Source: Prevotella sp. UBA2754
GTDB lineage: Bacteria; Bacteroidota; Bacteroidia; Bacteroidales; Bacteroidaceae
Assembly: GCA_002353295.1 (NCBI GenBank)
Contig: DEJG01000019.1
Location: 104,977-168,976 of the forward strand
DNA: 64,000 nt
Direction of reading: 5' to 3'
Both the position numbers and the translations under genes were made by a program. This document shows positions 39,068-48,249 of this stretch, one piece after another. The notes under the pieces are model-generated. The model was not told the DNA's origin. It saw only the letters and a list, made by a program, of their open reading frames with translations, and searched no databases. How positions within the stretch are numbered: the stretch's first letter is position 1; each line of letters opens with the position of its first letter.

Positions 39068-39766
39068 ATGAAACAAGATGAAACATTCGTAAAGGGTGTA
39101 AATAATCCCTACGCACGTTCTCGTGGTGCACAACGCACAGGTAATGAAACTTATATTCCTGGGATGAATGACGTTTCACCAGGTAGTGCACCTTCACAAG
39201 CATCTCCTCAGGCAAAACCTAATACACCTGTTGTTGGATTCCTGTATTCCATTTCTCGTAAGGGAATAGGTGAGTACTGGCCTCTTCATCTGGGAACCAA
39301 TACTATCGGAAGAGCAGATGATTGTGATATCTGTTTAAAAGAAATGTCGGTGTCAAGTAAGCATGCAACCCTCAGCATTAAGCAGATGAAGAGCACCCAC
39401 AAACTTATTGCCAGTATTCGTGATACTGGGTCGAAAACGGGTATGTATCTGAATGACGAGGAGCTTGACTACGAGAATCATGCATGTAAGGCCAATGATA
39501 TTATTACGGTGGGAGCTAATTATAAGTTATTACTGATACTTATTGATGCTGAGGAATATGGCCTGTCGGTTTCTGATGAGTTTGTAGAAGATAAAGAAGT
39601 TGCTGATGATGGTTTTGACTATCAGACTCAGGGGCGTGGTGGTTTTGATGATGCCACTCATAATAATTTCCGTCCTTATAGTGCCGACCATCGTAATGTT
39701 GATACAGGAACTGTGGATCTGAGTGGTGCAGGTTTTGATGAACCAGGAGGAACAGAAATGATGTAA
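39068..39766 (+). CDS. Soluble FHA-domain protein with disordered N- and C-terminal tails
   Basis: TIGRADDCDI..VSSKHA..DTGSKTGMYLN. Confidence 0.88.
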   Translation: MKQDETFVKGVNNPYARSRGAQRTGNETYIPGMNDVSPGSAPSQASPQAKPNTPVVGFLYSISRKGIGEYWPLHLGTNTIGRADDCDICLKEMSVSSKHATLSIKQMKSTHKLIASIRDTGSKTGMYLNDEELDYENHACKANDIITVGANYKLLLILIDAEEYGLSVSDEFVEDKEVADDGFDYQTQGRGGFDDATHNNFRPYSADHRNVDTGTVDLSGAGFDEPGGTEMM

Positions 39767-39795
39767 AGTATAATTGTATAATTATAAACAAACAA

Positions 39796-41421
39796 ATGTC
39801 ATCTTTAATATATATACAAGGCGAGGAAGAGAAGAAAAACCATATCCATTATGAAGTTGATCCCTCACAGCCTTCTTTAGGTGAAGGTGGTATGGGGCAG
39901 GTATTGAAAGGAGTAAGGGTCAACGAGGCTAATGGTGTGCGTATGGATGTGGCCATTAAATTCTTGTTTGAAGACTTACCTGCACATGCAATTGAAAGGG
40001 CTAAGCGTGAAGCTTCTATTCAGATTCATAATGAGAATTTGGTGGAGATGTTTGGCTTTATAGAAGTCGTGGAGAATGCTCAAAGTGCACATCCAGTCAA
40101 GCGCTATCATGTAGTCAGTGAACTATTGCAGGGCGTCATGCTCTTTGACTTGCTGAATGGTAAAACTACGGATAAGAATGGTCTGGAAGTTCCTTTCGCT
40201 CAAGAATTATATAACAAATATCAGAATGATCGTTTTGGTTTTGCTGTATTTATTGTTAAGAATATCCTTTCAGGTTTAATGGCTCTTCATGATAAGGGTT
40301 ATATTCATCGCGATCTGGATCCCAGTAATATTATGATTACCACTGACCGTAAGGTGAAAATTATAGATTTCGGTATTGCCAAACGGCTCGACAATCTGAA
40401 TACGCAAGACCAGCAACTCACCAGTACTGGACAGTTTATCGGCAAGGCAGCCTATGCTGCACCGGAATTGGTTCTGGGTGATGTGCATAATCAGGATAAA
40501 ACAACAGACATTTACGCTGTTGGCATTATGCTCTTCCAGTTTATCACGGGCAGTTTGCCCTTTGATGGCACGATGGCCGAACTCATCAAGAAGCAACTTA
40601 ATGAGAAAATACCTCTTAAACTGATCCCATACAAAGCCGTGCGCAATATCGTGGCTAAGGCTACTGCTAAGAAACAGACTGACCGTTATCAGTCAGCTAC
40701 AGAGATGCGTGTAGATTTGGAGCATTTGTCGAAAACTGATGCAGTACCTTCTGCAACGAGTGCAGGAGAGATGGTTGCCAGTATTGCAGATGTGAAGAGT
40801 GGCAAGGGGAAACTGATTGGTATAATTGCTGCCGCAGTTGTAGTGATAGGTATCATTTTAGGTTTTGTCTTCGGTGGAGGTTCCGATGCTCCTGTAGCTG
40901 AAACTGCCAAGCCTCAACAACCTGCAGCCTTAACTGATGTTGCTCCAGATGCCGGCGCGCTGATAACTGACGCTATTAAGAAAATGTCAGATCCAAGCAC
41001 TGTGAATGAGGGTGTCAGATTGTTGACAGAGGTAGCAACGAAGTATGGTGACAAGAAAGAAGCTGCAGATGGTTTAGCCCTATTGGCTGCATTGATGCAA
41101 CCTGCAGACATTGAGAATACCACTCAACAGATTAAGACACTCCGTGAGGCTACAGCCAATGACATTTTCCGTGATGTCGATAAGGCTCATGCATACGCTG
41201 AGCAAGCAGTCAAAGCTAATCCAGAGAGTTATAAGGCACTCTATGAGTTGGCTACAGATTATTTGGGTGGTGAGGCCAGAATGAAAAAAGATCCTGATTT
41301 TCCAAAAGCTCAGCAACTGTTTACCAGTGGCTTGAAATATGCTCAAGACAGTGCAGACAAGGAGTATATCGATCTCTTTACCAGTCGTCTTGAATTGGTT
41401 AAAGGTTTGTTGGAGGAGTAA
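39796..41421 (+). CDS. Membrane Hanks-type Ser/Thr kinase with C-terminal helical (Sel1/TPR-like) domain
   Basis: GEGGMG, VAIK, HRDLDPSN, DFG, YAAPE; TM LIGIIAAAVVVIGIILGFVF. Confidence 0.92.
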   Translation: MSSLIYIQGEEEKKNHIHYEVDPSQPSLGEGGMGQVLKGVRVNEANGVRMDVAIKFLFEDLPAHAIERAKREASIQIHNENLVEMFGFIEVVENAQSAHPVKRYHVVSELLQGVMLFDLLNGKTTDKNGLEVPFAQELYNKYQNDRFGFAVFIVKNILSGLMALHDKGYIHRDLDPSNIMITTDRKVKIIDFGIAKRLDNLNTQDQQLTSTGQFIGKAAYAAPELVLGDVHNQDKTTDIYAVGIMLFQFITGSLPFDGTMAELIKKQLNEKIPLKLIPYKAVRNIVAKATAKKQTDRYQSATEMRVDLEHLSKTDAVPSATSAGEMVASIADVKSGKGKLIGIIAAAVVVIGIILGFVFGGGSDAPVAETAKPQQPAALTDVAPDAGALITDAIKKMSDPSTVNEGVRLLTEVATKYGDKKEAADGLALLAALMQPADIENTTQQIKTLREATANDIFRDVDKAHAYAEQAVKANPESYKALYELATDYLGGEARMKKDPDFPKAQQLFTSGLKYAQDSADKEYIDLFTSRLELVKGLLEE

Positions 41422-41438
41422 ATTTTAAAGGAAGCAAC

Positions 41439-42356
41439 ATGCCGGGACAGGTCACCAAGAAGGGAAGCATCATCTATCTGAATGCCTATGGACAATGGTA
41501 TCAGTATGACGAATCGCAGGCTCCGTTAGGAGCAGGCGCCATGGGTGTGGTGTATCTCGGACAGCATTGTCAGACTCGTGAACCTGTAGCTGTTAAACGG
41601 GTGGTTGATCGCTATGCCAACATACCTGAGATTCGTCGCCGAGCCCATCAGGAGGCCGATCTGATGTTCAGTCATCCTAATTTAGTTGAAATGTTGGGTT
41701 GTTGTGAGGTTACTCCAGGACAGGGTCCCATCTTCATCATCAGTCGTTACGTGCGTGGTGAGAATATTGACAAGTTCATCAATGCCCATGTACGTTCACT
41801 CCCTAATGCAGAACACCGCATCTGCGAACTGTTCTTGCCTGTGCTTGATGCCTTGGCCTATATCCATACCAAAGGAATCATTCACATGGATATCAAACCC
41901 TCCAACATCATGATGGAGCAAGGACGTAATGTCCGACTGATGGACTTAGGTATTGCCGATGTGTCGGAAACTATCAACAGCTCTACGTCAGGCATGATGG
42001 GCACCCCGAAGTATGCAGCTCCAGAGCAGTTCTCCGATGTAGCCAGTAAACCGCAACTTACCTCGGCGACAGATATCTATGAGGCAGGAATTACGCTTTA
42101 TGAACTTATCACGAAGCAGAACCCTTTCTCTGCATCCACGGTAGCTGAATCCAAAGCACTTCATCATGGTATGATATTGCCAAAGGTGCAAAGTATCTCA
42201 GATACAGTTTTTGAGGTTACTCGCAAGGCCACAGCAATTCGTCCAGAAGACCGCTACCAAAGTGCCAATGAAATGAAGTCGGCTCTCAAAGAAGCCCTTC
42301 CACCTCGTAATTATACTAAGTTTGACCGTTTCCTTTCGGGAATATTTAAGAAATAA
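41439..42356 (+). CDS. Soluble Hanks-type Ser/Thr kinase (non-RD)
   Basis: GAGAMG, VAVK, HMDIKPSN, DLG, GTPKYAAPE; no TM. Confidence 0.92.
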   Translation: MPGQVTKKGSIIYLNAYGQWYQYDESQAPLGAGAMGVVYLGQHCQTREPVAVKRVVDRYANIPEIRRRAHQEADLMFSHPNLVEMLGCCEVTPGQGPIFIISRYVRGENIDKFINAHVRSLPNAEHRICELFLPVLDALAYIHTKGIIHMDIKPSNIMMEQGRNVRLMDLGIADVSETINSSTSGMMGTPKYAAPEQFSDVASKPQLTSATDIYEAGITLYELITKQNPFSASTVAESKALHHGMILPKVQSISDTVFEVTRKATAIRPEDRYQSANEMKSALKEALPPRNYTKFDRFLSGIFKK

Positions 42357-42364
42357 AAATCATT

Positions 42365-43765
42365 ATGAATGCAATAAAGACATCCTTGCCTTTTGCTGGC
42401 TTTTGGGATACCCGACAAGGAGGCCGCCCGGAGAATCAAGACTCCTGTGGCTTTATTGACACAGAAAAGGGACTCATAGCCGTGGTCTGCGATGGAATGG
42501 GCGGGGGGCCCGGTGGACAGTTGGCCTCCACGATCGCTGTTCAGAAGATTGTGGAGTATGTGGTCGGGGCTCCTCTAGATATGCCATATACGGATATGGT
42601 GGCTCAGGCTATAGAGTATGCCCATCAAGCTATATTGGCTAAAACTGCCGAGCAGCCAGCTCTGCGTGGTATGGGTTCTACAGCTACTGTAGTACTTATC
42701 AATCAACAATCGGCCATCATAGCTCATGTCGGTGATAGTCGCATCTACCAATTTCGTCGTGGTAAGATGATATTCCGTACGGCCGACCATTCGATGGTGG
42801 GTGACTTGGTGCGTAATGGTACATTGACGGAAGAGCAGGCCCGCCTGTCATCACAATCGAACATCATCACCAAAGCCTTAGGCAGCAAACTGTCCAACTT
42901 GGCTGAGGTGACGGAGCGTCCTTACGAGAAAGGCGATCGTTTTATGCTTTGTACAGATGGTATCTGGGGAGCTATGCCTGAACCCAACCTTGTTAAACGG
43001 GTAGCTAAGACTCCCTCTCTCTCTGGAGCCGTTGATAGCATGGTATTGACAGTTGAGGATATAGGGCGGAAGAGTGGTAACCATCACGACAATCTGACGA
43101 TAGCTTTATTAGAAACCAAACAAGATTCATTACTGAAAGAGAAAATGAGCAAGACAACATTACGTATTTTAATCGTGTTGGCAGTTATTTGCCTGCTGAG
43201 TGTTATTCTGAATATTGTGTTGATGACTCGACCTAATACTCCGATAAATAAGGAAGAAGTCGACAATATGGCATTGGAACTCGACAACCGAGGACAGCGC
43301 ATTCGAATCCTTGAAGACTCCATCAATGTCTTGTTAAATAATGTGGCAGGCGCTAAACAAGAGGCCGCAGATGCTACTTTGAAGGTGGCTAAGGAGAAAG
43401 AGGACGCTGCTGAGAAAGCAAAGAATGAGGCTGAGCAGAAGGCTCAGGAGGCCAAGGAAGCAGCAGACAAGGCGAAAGCTGCTGCTGATCAGGCAAAGGC
43501 TGCTGCAGAGTCCATCCAGAAGTCGCGCAATGATGTCATTGCCCAGCTAACTAAGATGAAGGATATGCAGGAGAGTGCCCAGCGCAAGCAGTTGCGTTCT
43601 AATGCTATAGAAACCTTGAAAACATTGGCGGCTAAAGATGTCAAGAACAAGGCGGTCTATGATGATGTTCGTGAGAAACTGGGCAACAAGGTGGCTTTAG
43701 AGAATACGGATATGAGTAAAGGTCATTATAGCATCCTCATCAAGAATCTTCAATCAATTAAATAA
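42365..43765 (+). CDS. PP2C/PPM Ser/Thr phosphatase with TM and Ala/Lys/Glu coiled coil
   Basis: RPENQD, VCDGMGG, HVGDSR, CTDG, DNLT; TM ILIVLAVICLLSVILNIVL. Confidence 0.92.
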   Translation: MNAIKTSLPFAGFWDTRQGGRPENQDSCGFIDTEKGLIAVVCDGMGGGPGGQLASTIAVQKIVEYVVGAPLDMPYTDMVAQAIEYAHQAILAKTAEQPALRGMGSTATVVLINQQSAIIAHVGDSRIYQFRRGKMIFRTADHSMVGDLVRNGTLTEEQARLSSQSNIITKALGSKLSNLAEVTERPYEKGDRFMLCTDGIWGAMPEPNLVKRVAKTPSLSGAVDSMVLTVEDIGRKSGNHHDNLTIALLETKQDSLLKEKMSKTTLRILIVLAVICLLSVILNIVLMTRPNTPINKEEVDNMALELDNRGQRIRILEDSINVLLNNVAGAKQEAADATLKVAKEKEDAAEKAKNEAEQKAQEAKEAADKAKAAADQAKAAAESIQKSRNDVIAQLTKMKDMQESAQRKQLRSNAIETLKTLAAKDVKNKAVYDDVREKLGNKVALENTDMSKGHYSILIKNLQSIK

Positions 43766-43774
43766 TATGTGCCT

Positions 43775-44497
43775 ATGAAGACAATCACTATAGGACGAGG
43801 CGAAGGATGCAATATCTACATCGACGACGAATCAATGAGCCGCCGTCATGCAATTATCAAGATTCCTACCTTTGGGGGTATGGAGATTGTGGACATGAGT
43901 AAGAACGGAACCTTTGTCAATGGGGTTCGCCTGCGTCCTAATGTGCCATTTCCCGTTAAACGTAAGGATGTTGTAAACTTTGCTGATGTCAGGGAGTTAG
44001 ACTGGTCATTGGTGCCCGATCCAATGAAATACTATAAACTGGCTGGCATTATTGTAGGTGGCATCATTGTACTATTATTGGCAGTCTTCCTCTTTAAGAA
44101 CCTGTTTAGCAGTTCAGCAAAAGCACCTGTTACCCCCGCTACTGAACATGTTCAAAAACCTATACGGATGGAAGAATATAAGAAACCTGCTCAGGCGGAA
44201 ACAGAACCTGTCGAAACACCTGCTGAAGAACAGCCGTCATCTCCACCTTCTGCTGCACCTGATGCTACAACAGGTACCGATAACCAGATCATTGATGTTT
44301 ATGGAGCAGCCCGCAGTGCTAAGAAAAAACGTGAGGCTGAGGAGCGTGTTCGTCGGCAGAAGGCCAAAGAAGTGCAGCGACAGAAAGAGCAACAAAAGAA
44401 AGAACAGCAACAAAAAGAGCAGCAAAAACAAGAGGAAAATAAGCAGCCTTCTGATGGAAATTCTTCTAAGAAAGAGTATAAACCCGAAATGATATAA
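43775..44497 (+). CDS. FHA-TM protein with Pro/Ala-rich and Gln/Lys/Glu-rich tail
   Basis: ITIGRGEGCNI..MSRRHA..SKNGTFVNG; TM LAGIIVGGIIVLLLAVFLF. Confidence 0.9.
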   Translation: MKTITIGRGEGCNIYIDDESMSRRHAIIKIPTFGGMEIVDMSKNGTFVNGVRLRPNVPFPVKRKDVVNFADVRELDWSLVPDPMKYYKLAGIIVGGIIVLLLAVFLFKNLFSSSAKAPVTPATEHVQKPIRMEEYKKPAQAETEPVETPAEEQPSSPPSAAPDATTGTDNQIIDVYGAARSAKKKREAEERVRRQKAKEVQRQKEQQKKEQQQKEQQKQEENKQPSDGNSSKKEYKPEMI

Positions 44498-44515
44498 CCT
44501 AAAATTGATAAATAT

Positions 44516-46165
44516 ATGAGAATTATTAAGATTGGTAGTTCGCAATCATGCGACCTCGTATTGGATAGCCAGTACGTCAGCAGTCTACATGCTGAAATGA
44601 CAATTCTTGACGATGGGCAGATTATCCTTGAAGACAAGAACAGTAAGAATGGTACAACCGTAGGTAACAAGAAACTGGAACCAGGTCGTGAAACGAATGT
44701 ACAGCGTGGCGACCGTATTTCCTTTGCTGATGTACCTTTAGTCTGGGCCAAGGTGCCTGTAGCTGAAAAGTTGACGGCTTATAAGTCTGTCTATAACATC
44801 GGCTCTAACTATCGTAACGAGATTATTCTAAACAGCCAGACAGTCAGTCGTTTCCATGCCTCTGTACGTGTAGGTAAGGATGGTAAGGTGTATATCCATG
44901 ACAATGGCAGTCGAAACGGTACAATGGTCAACGGAGCGAAAATTGCCTCCAACAAGGATGTACGCATAAAGAAGGGTGATAATATCGTCTGTGGCACGGA
45001 GGATGTCACCGAACAGATTTTGGCAGTCATGCCTAAGACCAACACCACACTGATTTATGCTATTGCTGGTGCTGCCTGTCTGCTCGTCCTCATGGGTATC
45101 ATTTATGCCGTATGGCCTAAAGGTGGTGATGATCAACCTACAGCCTTTGTCAGCGACTCTACAGCTGTTGTTTCTTCTACTACTTCCAGTGTGTCACCAG
45201 AGAAATATCGCAATACAGTGGTTTACGTCGGGGCGCAGTATCATTATATAGCTGAGTTCGAAGATAACCCCATGCCTGACACTTGGAATGGCAAGATAGA
45301 AGATATTGCTGCACAGCAGCCATATAGTGCCACAGCTTTCTTCCTTGACCGTAAGGGATATTTAGGCACTAACAGACATGTGGCTGTTCCTTGGGAATAC
45401 CGTTCTGGTGAGGAAGACAATCGCGTACGCGAAAGCATTGAATACCGTATTGAACTGATGCGTCGTACATGTATGTTCATGCAGACAGGTGACGAACGCC
45501 TCACACAGAGTAATAAGGGGCGCGATTTCTCTATGCCCACGATGCAGGCTTTTGCCCAGACTGACTTGTTCAAGGCTATCAACGCTCATATCGGGAAGTA
45601 TCCTAATTGGCAGGCAGAACTGAATAAAGTAATCGACCGTCTTAATCGTTCGCGTTATTCTATCTCTGGGGCCATTGATTACATTATGGTAGGTTATGCA
45701 GGTCGCAACTATACGCATCTGGATGAATTCCAGCGTTGTGATGTTGTAGCTGATTCCAAGGATAAAGAAATTGATGTGGCGCTTTTGCAACTTAATGACA
45801 AAAAGACTCCTCAAGATGTTGAACAGGTATTCAGTCCTAGCAGTTTTTCTAATGATCGTCTGGTGCCTTTGAAGGATAAACTTTTCACAATCGGTTATCC
45901 CGCAGGTCTGTCTTGGGCACTTGACAAAAGAGCCAAATCGTTAGAACCCAGTATCAAGGAGACCAAGTGTAGCAAGGAACCAAGTAAGTATGATTTTGAA
46001 CTTCAGGAACAGTCTGTTGGTGGTAGTAGTGGCTCCCCCATCTTCAACGAGGCAGGCCAGTTGGTTGGTGTGTTATGGGGTGGAACAAGTATTGCCGGTG
46101 GATTCACCAAAGCAGTTCATGCTAAGTATCTGAAGAAAATTTATGATGAAGAAGCTGTACAGTAA
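44516..46165 (+). CDS. FHA-FHA-TM-trypsin-like serine protease fusion
   Basis: Two FHA-like repeats (VSSLHA..SKNGT; VSRFHA..SRNGT), TM, triad TNRHVA / IDVALL / GSSGSP. Confidence 0.88.
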   Translation: MRIIKIGSSQSCDLVLDSQYVSSLHAEMTILDDGQIILEDKNSKNGTTVGNKKLEPGRETNVQRGDRISFADVPLVWAKVPVAEKLTAYKSVYNIGSNYRNEIILNSQTVSRFHASVRVGKDGKVYIHDNGSRNGTMVNGAKIASNKDVRIKKGDNIVCGTEDVTEQILAVMPKTNTTLIYAIAGAACLLVLMGIIYAVWPKGGDDQPTAFVSDSTAVVSSTTSSVSPEKYRNTVVYVGAQYHYIAEFEDNPMPDTWNGKIEDIAAQQPYSATAFFLDRKGYLGTNRHVAVPWEYRSGEEDNRVRESIEYRIELMRRTCMFMQTGDERLTQSNKGRDFSMPTMQAFAQTDLFKAINAHIGKYPNWQAELNKVIDRLNRSRYSISGAIDYIMVGYAGRNYTHLDEFQRCDVVADSKDKEIDVALLQLNDKKTPQDVEQVFSPSSFSNDRLVPLKDKLFTIGYPAGLSWALDKRAKSLEPSIKETKCSKEPSKYDFELQEQSVGGSSGSPIFNEAGQLVGVLWGGTSIAGGFTKAVHAKYLKKIYDEEAVQ

Positions 46166-47526
46166 TGAACATTAGGAAAATTATCATATTATTAATAATG
46201 TGTCTTGCCCTGCCTATAGTGGGGCAAGCACAATCTGCTCACTGGGCCATTACACCCACCTATCAGTCTGTGACACCTTTTGCTCCTAATCTGTTCAAGG
46301 TGAAGACCTATGCGAGTGTAGGCATTTGTGATGCTGACGAGAAATGGGTGGTATCGTTGGCTATGGACTCTATCACTAATGTAGTTAATGGCTATGCCCT
46401 TGCACTCTCCAAGTCGAAAGACAAGTATCGTATTACCTATATTATTCGCGAGAATGGTACTCGTGAGGCTGTGAAAGATGAGGTGTACGCAGGCGAATAT
46501 CTTTTCTTTGAAGAAGGTCGTTGCCCGGTGACGAATAAAAAGGGAAAGTATGGTTATATCGATACTTCCGGTGCATTGGTTGTGGAGTGTGATTACACTT
46601 CTGCTCTTCCATTTCTCAACGGACGGGCTCTTGTAACGAAGGAAAAGGGCGGTTTTATCGGACTTCTGAAAAAAGGGAAAGCCAAAGTCTATGAAATAGA
46701 CCTTCAAGGCAAAGCCCGTGAGGTCAGCCAGATCGATCCTTCAGCACTGAAACCCAGTTATATGGAGAAGGTGAATGCGACCTACACACCGAATCCGGAT
46801 CCGTCTTATCAGCGTTATTCAGATGATAAGGAATATGGCTATAGAAAAGGAAACAATGTTATCCTCCCTGCTCAGTTTGAAGCTGCTGGCAGTGTTTCTG
46901 ATGATTGTGCCATCGTGATGGTCAACCATCTTTTTGGAGTCATCCGCTTCAATACTGCCGATGTTGATTGCAAAGTTACAGAGGCAGGTAGTCATCTAAA
47001 GGCGCAGGTTAAGCTTCCTGGTGTGTGGGAAAACAAAGTAGCCACCATTGTACGTGAAGTGAATGGTTCCTCTCGAAAAGAGTTTGAGATGGAGGGTACT
47101 GGACTGGAGCGTTCGCTTGATGTTACTATTGATAAAGAAAGTGGCAAGAAGATCTACGAATTAGTATGCGACAAACTGGTTCTTTGGCGTAGTGTCAACA
47201 AGGCTGGTAGTGGCAGCGACGACAATGATGATAAGGGCGATTCTTCTGGACGCATATCTGTCAGTGTTCCTGCTACCGTCAAGGCCAATGCCAAGAATGT
47301 TTGTTCTGTACCCGTTACAGTAAGGAACCGAGGCGGTTCTGCACGTACCATATCCATTAAGTTAAGTACTGGACAGAGCAGTTCCATCAATGTGGCTGCA
47401 GGAAAGTCGGGTACCGTAACCGTTAAAGTTCCTGTAACAAAGAATACAACATGTAGGATTACTGCATCAGGCGGTGGTTTCTCCAGTTCATGCTCCACTG
47501 CACTGAAAGCAGCCATTAGACTATAA
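46165..47526 (+). CDS. Secreted WG-repeat protein with C-terminal Ig-like beta domain
   Basis: Signal peptide, KKGKYGYIDTSG..ALPFLNGRA and EYGY..VILPAQFEAAGSVSDDCAIV repeats. Confidence 0.78.
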   Translation: MNIRKIIILLIMCLALPIVGQAQSAHWAITPTYQSVTPFAPNLFKVKTYASVGICDADEKWVVSLAMDSITNVVNGYALALSKSKDKYRITYIIRENGTREAVKDEVYAGEYLFFEEGRCPVTNKKGKYGYIDTSGALVVECDYTSALPFLNGRALVTKEKGGFIGLLKKGKAKVYEIDLQGKAREVSQIDPSALKPSYMEKVNATYTPNPDPSYQRYSDDKEYGYRKGNNVILPAQFEAAGSVSDDCAIVMVNHLFGVIRFNTADVDCKVTEAGSHLKAQVKLPGVWENKVATIVREVNGSSRKEFEMEGTGLERSLDVTIDKESGKKIYELVCDKLVLWRSVNKAGSGSDDNDDKGDSSGRISVSVPATVKANAKNVCSVPVTVRNRGGSARTISIKLSTGQSSSINVAAGKSGTVTVKVPVTKNTTCRITASGGGFSSSCSTALKAAIRL

Positions 47527-47535
47527 TATATAATA

Positions 47536-48198
47536 ATGACAATAGAACCTATAGCGTATTTCCACTCGCCGTTCACGTCAAAATTTGGCGTGCCACGGCA
47601 GAGTGGAATTGTTTCTGACTTGAAGGGCAGTGTCGTGTTTGTTCCCCAATATTCCAAGCCTGAGGCTTTGCGGGGTTTGGACAATTATGATTATCTGTGG
47701 CTGATATGGGGATTCTCCGAGAATGAGCAGGCACCCAAACATGCTACTGTCCGACCTCCTTTGTTAGGAGGAAATGAGCGGGTAGGGGTCTGGGCCACGC
47801 GGTCCTCTTTTCGACCTAACAATCTAGCTCTGTCATCTGTTCGCATCCATGAAATCCATCCTGATGTTCCCAGTATCGAGGTGTTGGGGGCCGATTTAAT
47901 GGACGGAACACCCATATACGATGTCAAACCCTATCTGCCATATGTCGATAGCCATCTTGATGCTCGTGGAGGTTTTACAGATAATCATCAGTGGCAACGC
48001 TTGCAGGTAGAGGTTCCTCCCCATCTTCGTTCCTTCTTCTCAGAAGAACAGTGGTCAGTCATCATTGAGGCACTGTCTTTGGATCCGCGTCCGCATTATC
48101 ACACTGACTCCACACGTCAGTATGGCATGCCCTTTGCTGGTCGTGATATTCTTTTTGTTGTATCTGATCAGACACTCTCTGTTATCGCTATTCGGTGA
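47536..48198 (+). CDS. tsaA: tRNA (N6-threonylcarbamoyladenosine(37)-N6)-methyltransferase TrmO/TsaA
   Basis: KFGVPRQSG, VRPPLLGGN..GVWATRSSFRPN, DLMDGTPIYDVKPY. Confidence 0.92.
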   Translation: MTIEPIAYFHSPFTSKFGVPRQSGIVSDLKGSVVFVPQYSKPEALRGLDNYDYLWLIWGFSENEQAPKHATVRPPLLGGNERVGVWATRSSFRPNNLALSSVRIHEIHPDVPSIEVLGADLMDGTPIYDVKPYLPYVDSHLDARGGFTDNHQWQRLQVEVPPHLRSFFSEEQWSVIIEALSLDPRPHYHTDSTRQYGMPFAGRDILFVVSDQTLSVIAIR

Positions 48199-48249
48199 AG
48201 TTGATAAACCTCAATTTTATGAGTCTCTCCATAAAAAAATAGGGAAAAA

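Noticed and set aside
44237-44751. Leu/Phe/Cys-rich minus-strand ORFs (LLFLLFLLL, CFCCSFCCCS) resembling membrane or RiPP peptides
   Set aside because: Reverse complement of the Gln/Lys/Glu repeat of the FHA-TM gene.
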